Positions 26,337 to 40,664 of a stretch of 64,000 nucleotides of DNA are shown here, in pieces. Origin of the DNA: Octopus sinensis (lineage: Eukaryota); contig NW_021831991.1 in assembly GCF_006345805.1 (NCBI RefSeq), forward strand, positions 1 through 64,000, in the 5' to 3' direction. The notes under the pieces are model-generated. The model was not told where the DNA came from. It was given only the letters and a program-made list of their open reading frames with translations, and did no database searches. The translations under genes and the position numbers were made by a program. The stretch's first letter is position 1, and every line of letters begins with the position of its first letter.

Positions 26337-27511
26337 TGCCTGCTTTCACAGCCTGTGTGCTTAGTGTATGTATGTGTGCGTTTGTTTGTGTCTATGTTTA
26401 TACAATCTTAATTATCTCTTCCGATAAGTAAATGGACTGATGTTTAATTGATATTGAAGGAGATAACTGTAACTAATTGAGGAGTAAACATATTAATGAG
26501 CAATAAATTAATCCTCAAAGTCGTAAATCTGTGTAAAACAGGGGTTTTCGAGACAATGTTTTGTTACTTTTTTTTTAACTTGTTAGTTTTTGAGTTTCAC
26601 AATCAGTATAAAGTAAATATCTGGTTTCACCTGCCACACTTTTAGGGGTCACATTTACAACTTGCGATTACGAACGAAATTTAAATGTTTTTGTCCTACA
26701 TTATATTTTCATTTTCTGTAGTGGGTAATGAATCGCTAAATGCTTCGTATATGATGTAGCGGTTGTTGTTTTTGTTTAACGCAGAATAAGTTGGAACACG
26801 CAATCCAGTCTTTGTTGAATTTAAGGCTTGTGATGGCAAAACTGAAAATAATTAAAGACCAACCTTCTTCGACATAAATAGAAGTAAATAGGCAGTCCTA
26901 ATGGACTTACTACCCTTAGGTAGTAGATTCGATCCCTGGAATGTAATAGTATTTTGAAGGCTATCTGTAGATTCGGTTATTTCAACTTTTGTTCTTGGCA
27001 TATCCAGTGAAAAGAAAAGAAATTTCTATGTTCGTGGGAGCCAACACTGAAGCCAGACGGGAGAATATTTTCAAAACTGATGAACCGTTATTCTCTCATT
27101 TCCTCTCTCACCCAGTACTCTGTGAACTGATATAAAACTAGGATATCTTGGAGCTATGTTTAAACAAAGCAACAACATGAAGAAAAGCACAGGCAACGTT
27201 TTATAAAAGTGTTATGGGCATTGACACACTCCACACTGTATGATATGACCTTTTTTGACCTCTTCAGTTCCGTTATTTACCGAGTGGTAGATCAAGTATG
27301 GATATATTTCGATTTTGTTACCGGAACTTATGCTAAAAATGATACAGTGCTAAAATATTTTGAAACGTCCGGCTTTAAATTGAATAGACATTGTATTCCT
27401 GGATGAATAATAGACAAAATGATTCGGTATTATTTTGAGAATCGTGATATTTCATGCCTTCTCTAAAAGTTATAAGATATATCACTATTCATTTTCAATA
27501 TTTTAATACAT

Positions 27512-27720
27512 TAAGGCGTCGAGCTGGCAAAATCCTTACCATACCGGGCAAAATGCTTAACGGTATTTCGTCCGTCTTTACGTTCTAAGATTAAATTCCA
27601 CTGCGGTCGTCTTTGTGTTTCATCCTTTCACGGTCGGTCAAATGAGTAGCAGTTGAGTTCTGGGTTTGAAGTGATCGACTTATTCCCTCCACCGAAGTAG
27701 CTGACCTTCTGCCAAAAACT
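27512..27720 (+). mobile_element. tRNA-derived SINE family B, internally deleted dimer
   Basis: taaggcgtcgagctggcaaaatc...cggtatttcgtc joined directly to the right monomer. The paralogous copy at 35302 keeps the missing segment. Confidence 0.7.
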
Positions 27721-28354
27721 GAAATAGATATTTCAATGCATTCAGTAAGCAAAAGTGTGCAATTCCATATGAAACATGGCCTCGAATGCATAACAATTAA
27801 ACTCACGCAGGCAAATGAATACCTTATCTAGTCAAATAAATAAATGGTTTATCCAGTAGGAAAATCAATACCTTAACCAGCAGACAAATCGATGAGTTAT
27901 CCAGTAACTGTTGACGACTTAAAATAGTACTCCAGTTATTGCCCATTCAGGTTTGAAAAAGTCAATACAATTAAAAGATAAATAAATCATTCAAAAGTTA
28001 AGAAAAATAAGAAATAAGACAGATTAAGAGTGCTAAATATTCAATGTGACTAAGTCGATATTTTTGCCCCTATTATAATTACACCCATGTACATTGAAAA
28101 ACAGGGACAAACAAGCACTTATAATTCATATATATAGTTCAAATATATAAACTTAAAATTAATCTTGTCGCTTATTTGGCATATCTTGTACTTAATGTTT
28201 TTCCTATGTGCGCACAAATACGTACATACATACATACATACATACAAACATACATACATACATACATACATACATACATACATACATACATACATACATA
28301 CATACTTACATACATACATACATACATACTTACATACATACATACATACATACA

Positions 28355-28500
28355 TTATTGGAGCCCTGGGATATGTAACACACTGACTAAATATCAATCT
28401 TCAGAAATTAGGCTTCTCAAAACCAGAAAGAATTATGCTAATTCGAAGACTACACATCTGATTCATCACTGGAACTGTAAATATATGCAAATCTTTCCAG
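28355..28500 (+). mobile_element. Very short 3' fragment of the R4/Dong LINE after a (TACA)n run
   Basis: attggagccctgggatatgtaacacactg...cactggaactgtaaa matches about 9605-9750. A paralog lies at 36288-36425. Confidence 0.8.
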
Positions 28501-29225
28501 CAACTCTCCATCCCACGTGTCTCTTCTAGTTCACTGTAGTCCATTCTACATTTCCATTGTGCATATCCTTATCCGAACATGCATTTGTGTCTGCATCTGT
28601 GTGTGCTTACATGTGTGTTTGCGTGCGTATCTATGTGTATTGTATCTGTGTTTTGTGTATGTGTGTATGTGTGTGTGTGTGTGTGTGCGTAAGTTTTCTT
28701 ACTATAATATTTGTATTTGTTTTCCTTATTTTGTTTTTTTTCTTTCATTTGTTTACTTATTTATTTCTCTATTTTTTATCCCATTCCGTCTTAGATATGT
28801 GTATGTGTGTCTTCTGTGTGCGTGTATATGGGTTTATGTATTGTACTGTTTATACCTGTTCTCTTTTTTTCTTCTGTCATTCCATCTTTACTTAATTAAA
28901 TGAGATAAGAAAACAAATAAAGTACACTGGTATAAATAGTATAGTAATAAAACCCACATGCACACACACACAAAACACACATACAAAACGCATAGACGCG
29001 TGAGCATGCTCACGCACACACACACACACACACACATTCACACACACATACACACACATATGCACGCACACATACAGATGCAAGCGCATACGCCGATAAA
29101 CTCAATACAGACTAGATAAAGGCAAAGCCAACTCTAAAGCATCTTAGTCCAATGATGCGTTAACTGGCCGAAACTTTGAGGTCACTGTCAACAGCATACT
29201 TGTTTAAGAATCATACATATATACA

Positions 29226-29272
<47 letters not shown>

Positions 29273-29817
29273 TAAAGGCGTGATCTAGAGATGCTTAATA
29301 TAGAAGTCATGTGTTAGTGATCAATGACTTGAAATGAAACTCCGTAGTGTTTATCGAGAACAAGGTCCATGCGCAAAGAGTGGCTATAATAAAAATCTAG
29401 GGGAGCTGTTTAGAAGAAAGTGATGTAGATAGTCACAATTAGTTTTGATATATATAAAAATACACTTACGACAAATGCACATATAGATATATATAAGGAT
29501 ATATATAGCTACAAAACTAAATATATTCTGAAGATAAACTCGTATGTACAAGCATATAGATATTTATACATACTGACAAATAAATCTACTTTTACAAGGA
29601 GTATAAAATATACAGAAAACTAAGTGGAGAATGCATGGCTTTTTAACTCAGCAGCTTCTTTTGAACATTTCAACTATTCCGAGCTCTCAGAAACAGTTGT
29701 CAAATTATGAAGAAACATATATTTTCCCCTTTGTTTTCTGTACCTTTTTAAGCTCCATCTACAAATAAATGCTTTTGCCACTGTATATAAATATTTATGT
29801 GCTTTTACATATGTATT

Positions 29818-29968
29818 TAGTGGTACCTAGCTTGCTTACCAACTACATAATTCCGGGATCATTCCTACTGCGTAGCATCTTGGGCAAGTGTATTCTAGTA
29901 TAGCCTCGGGCCGACCAAATCCTTGTGAGTGGATTTGGTTGACCAAAACTGAAAGAAACCTGTCGTAA
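29818..29968 (+). mobile_element. SINE family A head (partial)
   Basis: tagcttgcttaccaac...cttgggcaagtg...ggccgaccaaatccttgtgagtggatttgg. Confidence 0.75.
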
Positions 29969-31118
29969 TACTTTTTTTTCGTTCGGCTTATGAAAAATAT
30001 TGAATCAGATCACACTGATGACGGCTTGTCCTTTTAATGAAAGATCCTACGTCGGTTTCGACGATGAGCTTTCAGTTTCAATTAGTTACCTAATTGTTAA
30101 TTTTACGCATATTCCACTGATCCGTGTATTCCCAAAGTAATTCTCGAGTTCAGTTAGCATGAAACTGTGTAACAAGGCTGCACTATGGCGTTACAGCTAC
30201 AATCCACATAAGAGGCTTCTAAACAGTTGCTTTCGATTCATTTTCACTAAAAATGCTTGGTATGATGCATGGTTATGATAGTCTATACATGCTCAAGATT
30301 CCACACACTGGGATAGAAGACTGGACTTCATGATGACAAAACCAGCTACTTTAATATTTGTCTACAGATGCGTATCCTTTTTAACCAATCATGCTACATC
30401 ATGTATGTAGGGCACTGCTATAAATTAATGCCTACTTTAGAGCAAAGGCTGCTAAGAAAGTTCGAGAAGCTAAGTATAATTCGTGTTTAAATAAATTTCT
30501 AAGCGTCTATTCCAGTAGCAATGTATGTATATACAGGCATGCACGCGCATAGATACAATCTCATACATATGGACACACACACATGCATACACAACAAAAT
30601 AAATATTCATGTGTGTGTATGTATATATATATATGAACATAGGATATATATTAAGAGTTGTGCCAAGTAAGCGATACGATAACGTATATAACTTATCCAA
30701 GCAAATAAATTATGCATAAATGTTTGCGGGTGGACGTGGGCGTATGTGTGTGTGATTATATATCATTATAGATGTATTATGTACTTTATCTTATCATTTC
30801 TTTATCACGCCTATCTTGTACTTTTTAATAAATCCTATTTCGAAATAAAATACACTTCATTACCTTATCTTTGTTACGCCTGAATAATTAGTAATTGATG
30901 CGCTATTTTCAATCATTAGATGTTGTTAGACAAGACACTAATCTACCTAATTTCCATTCGCCATTTTGAATGCTATGCATATCAGGTCACACTTCGTGCA
31001 CATAACTTCAGGTGCGGTTGTGTTTATGAAGCATTTGTTTGTGTGTATGCTCGTACGTGCATTTCAGATGAATCCTCTGTGTACATCTTGATTTATGTAT
31101 ACGCCCACAGAATTGCAG

Positions 31119-31184
<66 letters not shown>

Positions 31185-32559
31185 CTAGATAGAAGATATT
31201 GTAAATTAATGCACCTCTTCTTTGCAGAACCGCCTTCATGAGATTACAGTACTGCATATCTGATATGTTTCTAGGGATATGTGGTACACTGATTTTCGTA
31301 AAGTAGTTTAATAACTGTACGGACAAAAGATAATGTCTACAACACCTGGAGGTGGTCGTCCCGTCTGTGGCATGTGGCACTTTATTTAATCAATGCAAAG
31401 CCTACCAGACTACCAACAGTATACACACTGAATGTACCAGCGTGAAAAAAGAAAAAGCCACCGGATGGCAACGGCTGAGAGGCTAGGTCTGCCCTATGAA
31501 AATTGATTTGGGACTACACACAAACAACTCAACCGATCAACCCAATAAAGTACGATAATGGCGTCCTTTGATATCCTCAGCCACTCGTACTGGAATTCTT
31601 TCCATTTGTTTTGCCTTTCTTTCTTTCTTTCTTTTTTTTCTTTCTTTCTAAAGGATTTTATGTCAGCCACAAAGCAGCAACATCTCTGCACTTGCATCCA
31701 AGAATCATGAAAAAATATTAAGAACACGTAAGAAACGTTTAAAACATTTTGAATCACCATAGTAGCTTGAATGAGTAAGCTTCTATACAAGCAGATTACA
31801 TGAGAGTTGATCAAATACGTCGCTCACCACTGATATCAAACCTGGGACTGTATTAGACTGCGACAACGATAGTGAATGCTCAATATTCTTTACTGTGAAA
31901 TTGGTTAGTCTCTATCTTAACTAGTATAATTTTTTTATCCTTTTCGGATTTTTAAAATCACGATAACCAATGCAATTGTTTACCATGAGCATCAGATGGG
32001 CGAGGTATTTTCTACCATAGGAAAAACCACCCCACAAACGACTCGAATTATATCCGACCATCCTTAAAGAAAGAACTAAACATTTGGATAAAGTGACTCT
32101 GGTTCTCTGCTCGTAAATAAAAGATGAATTCCTCCCATATTGTTTTAGACAAATATGATTTATGCCGCCTATATTTGATAGCGTGAGTAATTACATATTC
32201 TGCCGCCAGAAAAGGATGAAACTTGGCATAGTAATCCTAACCACACCAAGTATTTACTATTATGAAAAGAGCTAAGGATTGTCTTCTTTTGTGTCTAATA
32301 TCGCAAAACTAAAAGCTTCATATTATTAGAAACAAATATAAGCAAAAAGAGGATTGTACTGTCTGCACTTGAAGTGTATTTATATTATCTCGAGAGACGA
32401 TCTTTAGTTTAAAAGATTTTTGAAATAAAGTACCTACTTTGATTTCCAGACTACATCCGTGTATTAATTCTAGTGTGAAGACATCTGTGTCTCTATATAT
32501 ATTACACTATTATGGTAATACGATTTAAAAAATAGATATATTTAGTCATTATCATAAGT

Positions 32560-34040
32560 CATGTAAACAGTCTACCCTTTCTTTAAGAAAAGGACTGATT
32601 TTGGCTGTCAGATACTCAAAGGACGTTAACAAGTATTGCACCACACATTTGAAGAACTGTGAGAAAAAAGTTATCAGAGAAATACACACAATGTTAAACT
32701 CTCGATCAGTTTTACTTGATAACGAGGACTTTGCTTTGGATGGGGTAATGTCAAATTGAAAAGAAACAGGTTGTGCCCCTGAAGGATTCCTGTCGTTTTT
32801 GGTGACTCTTTAGTTAGAGCTTTGGCCAATGCTAGATTTTGTATATGGGGACACTTTTTGTATATGAGATGATGGCTTTGACAGTTTCATCTGAATACCA
32901 TAGTTCAATATTTTATCCAAATACGAGTCATATCTTTCGCCCTGAGCTTCTGTTAAGTGCAAGAGTCAGAGATAATACCGAGCTTCCTTTGCGGGCCCAC
33001 TTTTGTTCCGTCTAATGACGGGGTCAGTGTGAAGGGAAATTTTATCAAGAAGCACATTTTTTGACGCTAGTAGCGAGAGTGTTCCCCCTCTTAAGTACTG
33101 AGATTATGAGGAACACTTTTCTGTAAAGTTGTTGGTTTATTTATATCATAAATCTTGTTTAGAAGTCGAATCAATATTCGTGGAGGAGTGGACTCTTTCA
33201 GATGATTGAGCGAAGGCGATATGTCCCTAGTGTACCACTGTTTGTCAGTCTTATGAGGAATGGATTGGACATTATTAGTAGGCTGTCTGCTATTCTGTGG
33301 TGAAATACTGAGTCGTCGATAAGTCTAGTTTCACGTATCTCTTAGTTGCCAAAACCGACATCTAGACACTGGAGGTTTCCCCTAGAATGTAAACGGCTTG
33401 ACAAGCCCCCTCAGAGCTTCCCAGGCAACGTCTCGATTGCTCTCGACGTGGAGGTTACTGAGTTCTTCATTTTGAAGCGACCTCTTGTACGCGGAACATG
33501 TCAATATTCTTAGTGAAAATCGATTGATGCTTCTGGGCTGCTTGCATATCTTCTTTACCACTTGCTACCCACCTCGAAGTAGAGGTTACTGTCTTCTTTG
33601 CAAGATACTAACTTCATGCGCAGGCTATCTTCTCTTCCTTAAAAGCAATTCCAGTACTATGTTTCGGTTGCCTTGGTTAGGGTGTCACATACAGTACTGC
33701 AATTCTCTTAACCAAACAAATGTAAACTTGCATAAGTCAGCAACCTCTGTCACTTTACTCCAATCGATTTATTTCAACGATGGTCTCAACTGAAGGAGGT
33801 CGATGATTTCAAGTACCCTAGGTCATATATTGGTGACAGTAAGAAAGACTTCCTTACATTCAAGGGAGTAGCTTTTGGTGTTTGTAACGGCTACCACAAC
33901 ATCTAGTGATCGCGTATTTCAAACTTAACAGAGCCTACTTCTTTCAGGGCACATAAAGAAAGCATTATTTTGTATGAAACCAAACCTTGGACAATGATGA
34001 ATTATCTTCAAGATCGCATTCATGATACATACACAGAATT
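32560..34040. mobile_element. Decayed RTE-type LINE with inverted 5' segment
   Basis: Minus strand 33700->32560 gives RT N-terminal-like motifs (ILIRLLNKIYD, DPVIRRN, ETVKAI, TTGILQG, QYLL...AKI). Plus strand 33720->34040 gives LKEVDDFKY...GDSKKDF...FFRA...ESIILYETKPW. Boundaries approximate. Confidence 0.6.
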
Positions 34041-35301
34041 CTGTATATGGTTCAGAAATATCTCATGACGTGAGGAGAAAACTAAAGAGAAAATTTATGG
34101 CTTCACCCATGCCATTATATAAATGGTCTATTAAAACTTTTGTTCTAACACAATATTTTAGGTTTAATTTTTTTCAACGCAATTACAATATGTCTTTCTT
34201 TTTCGATTGATTATGTCTAAACTGCAGTTCTCCAATTGTTACCTCTCTAACCCTTCTAGCTTTATTTTTTTCTACTCATCCTTTTGACAGCAATTGTGAT
34301 TCAGTCTTGATTTTATTTTCCAGTATGGTATTTTGAAGGCTATTTGTAGATTCGGGCATTTCAACTTTTGTTCTTGCCAAATATTCTGTGGAAAGAAAAT
34401 AAATTTCTGTGTTCGTGGGAGCCAACTCTGAAGCCAGACGGGAGAATATTTTCAAAACTGATGAACTGTTATTCTCTCATTTCCTCTCTCACCCAGTACT
34501 CTGTGAACTGATATAAAACTAGGATATCTTGGAGCTATGTTTAAACAAAGCAACAACATGAAGATAAGGTTTACTTTTACACAAGAAAATAAAGCGAGGT
34601 ATATTAATCTGTAAACTTTTTGCGTACTACGCATGATTCTACAGCTTCTGCTCCGGTGCTATAAATAATCTTTATTGAAAACCAAACTCGAGAGAAGACA
34701 CTTCGGGTTTCATGCTTGTCAAGGCTAGTGAAATATCTGACAATCCTTTATAAAGGAATGATGAACATTTTTTGTCATGTCGATTATCTAAGCAGAGATA
34801 TAGTAATTACTCAACATTGGGCAGATTCCTATTCATTATGTGTGACATGAAAAGTTTTGAGAGCAAAGCTGAAACTTAAACAAACCAATATATTTAATGA
34901 TTTAAATTGCAAAGGCCTCCACACATATTGCATACTAGAACCAATATAAGGGTATATAGCCATGCACTGTTTGCTAGCAAAGGCAATGATTTATAAAAGA
35001 TTTATGGGCATTGACACACTCCACACTGTATGATATGACCTTTTTTGACCTCTTCAGTTCCGTTATTTACCGAGTGGTAGATCAAGTATGGATATATTTC
35101 GATTTTGTTACCGGAACTTATGCTACAAATGATACAGTGCTAAAATATTTTGAAACGTCCCGCTTTAAATTGAATAGACATTGTATTCCTAGATGAATAA
35201 TAGACAAAATGATTCGGTATTATTTTGAGAATTGTGATATTTCATGCTTTCTCTAAAAGTTATAAGATATATCACTATTCATTTTCAATATTTTAATACA
35301 T

Positions 35302-35700
35302 TAAGGCGTCGAGCTGGCAAAATCCTTACCATACCGGGCAAAATGCTTAACGGTATTTCGTCTGCCGTTACGTTCTGAGTTCAAAATCTGCCGAGGTCGA
35401 CTTTGCCTTTCATCCTTTCGGGGTCGATTAAATAAGTACCAGTTACGCACTGGGGTCGATGTAATCGACTTAATCTGTTTTGAATGACCTTGTTGGTCCT
35501 CTCTGTGTTTTTCCCCTTGTGTGTAGTAAAGAAATAGTTATTTCGTCCGTCTTTAAGTTCTTAGATTAAATTTCACTGCGGTCATCTTTGTGTTTCATCT
35601 TTTCTCGGTCGGTCAAATGAGTAGCAGTTGAGTTTGAAGTGATCGACTTATTCCCTCCACTGAAATAGGTGACCTTCTGCCAAAAACTGAAATAGATATT
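35302..35700 (+). mobile_element. tRNA-derived SINE family B, dimeric
   Basis: Head, ttctgagttcaaa B-box-like motif, core gcctttcatcctttcggggtcgattaaataagtaccag, linker, then a second monomer. Confidence 0.75.
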
Positions 35701-37149
35701 TCAAAACATTCAGTAAGAGAAAGTGTGTAATTTTATATGAAGCATGACCTCGAATGCATAGCATTGAAACTCACGCAGGCAAATGAATACCTTATCTAGT
35801 CAAACAAATAAATGGTTTATCCAGTAGGCATCTCAATACCTTAACCAGCAGGCAAATCGATGACTTATCCAGTAACCGTTGACGACTTAAAATAGTACTC
35901 CAGTTATTGCCCATTCAGGTTTGAAAAAGTCAATCCAATTAAAACATAAATAAATCATTCAAAAGTTAAGAAAAATAAGAAATAAGACAGATCAAGAGTT
36001 CTAAATATTCTAAACGACTAAGTCGATAATTTTGCACCTATTGTAATTAGACCCATTTACATTCACATACATGGAAACACAGGCATATATAATTCATATA
36101 TATAGTTCATATATATGAACTTAAAATTAATCTTGTCGCTTATTTGGCATATGATGTTCTACTTAATGCTTTTCCTATGTGCGCACAAATATATACATAC
36201 ATACATACATACATACATACATACATACATACATACATACATACATACATCATACATACATACATCATACATACATATATACATATATTATTGGGGCCCT
36301 GGGATATGTAACTCACTGCCTAATCTTGAGAAATTAAGCTTCTCAAAACCATAAAGGAGAAAGCTAATTCGAAGACTACAGATCCAATCCATCACTGGAA
36401 CTGTAAAAATCTGGAAAACTTTCCAGCAACTCTCCATCCCACGTGCCTCCTCTTGTTCAGTGTAGTCCATTATGCTTTTCCATTGTGTGTATCCTTATAC
36501 ATGCATTTGCGTCTGTATCTGTGTGTGTTTACATGTGTGTATGCGTGCGTATCTATGTGTTTTGTGTGTGTACGTAGGTTTGCTTACTATGATATTTGTG
36601 CCTGTGTCCCTTATTTTGTTTATTTTCATTTGCTTACTTATTTATTTCTCTATTTTTATTCCATTCCGTCTTAGATATGTGTATGTGTGTCTTTTGTGTG
36701 CGTGTATATGGGTTTATCTATTGTACTGATTGTATCTGTCCTCTTTTTCTTCTGTCATTCCGTCTTTAGTCGCCATGTTACGTAGTGTGGTGGTGTGGGC
36801 GAAACAATAATAAATAAGTAAATAAGTAAACTAATACGTAATTAAATGGGATACGGAATCAAATAAAGTACACTGGTATAAATAGTATAGTAATAAAACC
36901 CACATGCACACACACACAAGAGACACATGCAAAACACATAGTCACGCGAGCATGCTCACGCACACACTCACATTCACACACACACATACAAACACGCATG
37001 CACACACACATACAGATGCAAGCGCATACGCCGATAAAATATGCAACATAGAAACAGAATGGACTAAACAGAACAGGAGTTGACACGCTGGATGAAGAAT
37101 CACTGAATAGATGGCTTGAAGTGTATGGAGAAATTTAAGACAAACGTGC

Positions 37150-37181
<32 letters not shown>

Positions 37182-37860
37182 GTGTGCACGCGTGTGTACA
37201 TGTGTATGCGTTTCTGTATTTAAGTAAATACAGACTAGATAAAGGCAAAGCCAGCTCTAAAGCATCTTAGTCCAATGATTCGTTAACTGGTTGAAACTTT
37301 GAGGTCACTGTCAACAGCACAATTGTTTAAGAATTATACATATATACATGCATATATATATACCAACCCCAAAACACTTACAGGGGCCCACCACACTATT
37401 TCGAGAACCAAAGGGCTACAACATACAATTCTATGAAATACAATCCACATAACCAAACTAAAACTCCACCACCAAACATCCACCCAAGGAACCAACCATA
37501 CAAACCTAACAAACAACAAATGCACTACAGAAGAAACAACTACCAACACAATATACCTGAAAAAATAAGACGGAACACTAGGTACAAAAGCACACTTCAA
37601 AACAGAGCACCACAAACTCACTCTGACAATTATAACAACAGGAGACAGATAAACAGTATTTTTGAACATAACTACACCAACCATTTTTTAGACCTTACAC
37701 ACAGGAACAGGGACACACGATGGCAAAGGACAAACAAAAGAAACCTTAGGTAATTCAAATAATCAATCTCTCAAACAAATAACTAACACCTAACGAAATA
37801 AGCATACTCTCCAAAGGACTTAAATTTACACCAACCCCACAACGTTCTAATTACTATGAA

Positions 37861-39347
37861 ATGAAAGATGATATTTCGGAATTTCGTAGGAAACTAAGAC
37901 TTACCGAGGAATTTCATGGCAAACAAATAGATGATGAATTAATAGCTAGAAACAACAGCAATTACGCCCCTACCAAGGGAAAGAATAAAGCCTTAGACCG
38001 CTATTGTGACTACATAACTAATTTCTCTTTTCAATTCACCAAGAAACAAAAACACAACCCAAACTTTAACAAAAGAGAATGGATCGACCTCATCAAACTA
38101 AGAGAAGACAAAACAATAACAATTAAGGAGGCAGATAAGGGCAACGCGGTAGTATTAATGAATACAAACGATTATAAAAATTTAGTGCTATCCCTATTAA
38201 GAGATGAAACGTATTATGAAAGGGCCCAACAGTATAATCAGCAAAAAATAATGTATAACCTCAGGACATTAATCAACACATACCGAGAAGGACTCACGGA
38301 CAAGGAGTATGAATACATCACTAACTTCAAGTGCAAATCGAGTTTGTTCTACGGTATCCCTAAAGTACACAAAAGCCAAATTATTAGTGAAACATGCAAA
38401 ACATCTACCGATATACTCATCAAAATCCCTTCACCAAATGATCTTAAACTTAGACCGATAATAGCAGGGCCAGCATGTGAAACTCACCGCCTCAGCAATT
38501 TCTTAGACACACTTCTTAAACCTTTCCTAAAACACATCAAAAGTACGTAAGAGACGATATAGACATGCTCAACCACCTCCCTAAAACAGTCAATGAGAAA
38601 ACCCTTCTAGTATCCTTCGACGTAGTTAACCTTTATTCTAACATCCCTCACACCCTAGGAATAGAAGCGATCACCTTCTGGCTGAATAACTACTCCTTTG
38701 AACGCCCAACTCGTATAAACAAAGATCTTATAATAGAAGGACTTAGATTTATTTTAGAAAACAATTACTTTATTTTTGACAATAATTTCTACAGACAAAG
38801 ATCGGAAACAGCGATGGGCACGCGTACTGCGCCTTCTTTTGCCAAGCTAGTGATGGGATACCTCGAGAAAATACTCTACCAGATAACACTCGAGAAATAT
38901 GGAAACACCTTCTCCACCTATATTCAGAACAACTGGAAAAGATACCTCGACGATTGTTTTATCCTCTGGGATAAAAGTATAGAGAAACTTGAGGAATTTA
39001 AAATACTATTAAATGGAATAAATGATAATATACAATTCACGATGGATCATAACGAAGAAGAATTACCATTTTTAGACATCCTCATTAAGAAAACCGGCAA
39101 CAAAATAGAGACAGATATCTATTATAAACCGACAGACTCCAAACAGTACCTACCCTTTGATTCATGCCACCCACGACACACTAGAATAAATGTCCCTTTT
39201 TGTTTAGCTAGAAGGATTTGCACCATAATATCAGACACAAACACCCGACACACACGTCTCCAGGAACTTAGAACCACACTCATAAATAGAAACTATCCAC
39301 AGCCCCATGTGGAAGGCCCAACTGCGGAATCTGTGTCATCTTGGTAG
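37861..39347 (+). pseudogene. Penelope-type reverse transcriptase (frameshift near 38550; thumb/linker deleted after RNYP)
   Basis: ORFs 37861-38550 and 38565-39347 carry the Penelope RT motifs listed for the element. Confidence 0.88.
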
Positions 39348-39715
39348 AAGGTTCAGAATTTATATTAGAACAAGGCCATCAGTTCACCATTAGAACAAAC
39401 TTCACCTGTGCATCAGAAAACTTAATTTACGTCTTAACATGCGCAGGCTGCAATAGGCAGTATATAGGCCATACAACAAATAGCTTACGTAAAAGGATGG
39501 CGGTGCATAAATCACAAATTAGAAACCCTGAATACCGGAAAATACCGGTCAGCGGACACATAGATAGATGTGCTGCAAATGAAAATCCGAAATTTACAAC
39601 TTACCCACTTTACAAATTCAGTGACAGCGTAACCTTCACTCAACGCCAAAATAAAGAACTTTATTTCATCAAAAAATTTAGACCAAGTTTGAACACCCTG
39701 GGCCAGGAATATTAA
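39341..39715 (+). pseudogene. GIY-YIG endonuclease domain of the Penelope-like element
   Basis: FTCASENLIYVLTCAGCNRQYIGHT...RKRMAVH...KELYFIKKFRPSLN. Confidence 0.88.
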
Positions 39716-40664
39716 AACAAAACATTGCTCTTCCGAAAAAGAAAAATGAAATTCTACCACAACCACTACGACTGCTCCCACTAGCACTACTACTACAACC
39801 ACCGTGGTCACTAATATTGCTACTACGATCAACAGCCCCCTACTGCTACTACTGCTGCTACGGCCACTGTGAGAGAATTAAAATAGTGGAGGTGGGGGGA
39901 ATTACAATTTCTCAGATCCTTAAACAGTCACTCCCGCTGGCAGTGGTATGTCTTAGGGAAAGATGAATTTATAAAAAGATTTTTTGTCTGCGAGCAGATC
40001 TGATTTTGATTCGTTAAAAAATTGATGACGTTTTTCTTCCGTGGTCAAACTTGTCGTTCTGCTTCGTTGGCCACCTTACAGGATACAGTTATGGGTCAGA
40101 TCTGATTTTGATTCGTTAAAAAATTGATGACGTTTTCTTCCGTGGTCAAGCTTGTCGTCCTGCTTGGTTGGTTTCCTAACAGGATACGGTTATGGGTCTT
40201 TTCCTTATATTCGTTGAAGTTTGATTTTGTTTGGTTTGGAATTAAGTGACGTCAGTGAACAGTGCCAGAGAACCGACCACTGTTGCTACCACGATCAACA
40301 GCCCTTTACTACGGCTACTGCTGCTGTCACAGCCACAGCTTAGCTGGTATAACCCCAACCACCACCGAGGTTACCAAAATTACGACCAACAGACGACGAC
40401 CAAGAATCACTACTGTTGCTTCCATTGGAACACAAGGTAACACAAAAGCGGTTCCATTTGATACCAGCAAGAAATCTATAATGAACTTCTCCACTACACT
40501 CGACAAAACAGTAAGGAACGACTATGGATTTTTTCTATTATACTCTTTATAATATATTTGATAAGGTTCGTCTTTTCAAGAACATGGATTCTATTGAATG
40601 TATGTAACATGGATTCAATTGAATGTATGTAACAATTATGAACTGTTCCATTATACTTTTTATA

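Larger units (their letters stand above)
26949..29293 (+). repeat. Local segmental duplication, copy 1
   Basis: Colinear with 34328-37362 plus 40762-40824. Roughly 90% identity overall with indels, by eye. Confidence 0.9.

Noticed and set aside
30010-30060. ctgatga...gaaa hammerhead-like spacing
   Set aside because: No stem II or stem I pairing, and no U at position 16.1.
40010-40170. ttgatga motifs within the 102-bp tandem repeat as hammerhead cores
   Set aside because: No downstream GAAA and no stem II.
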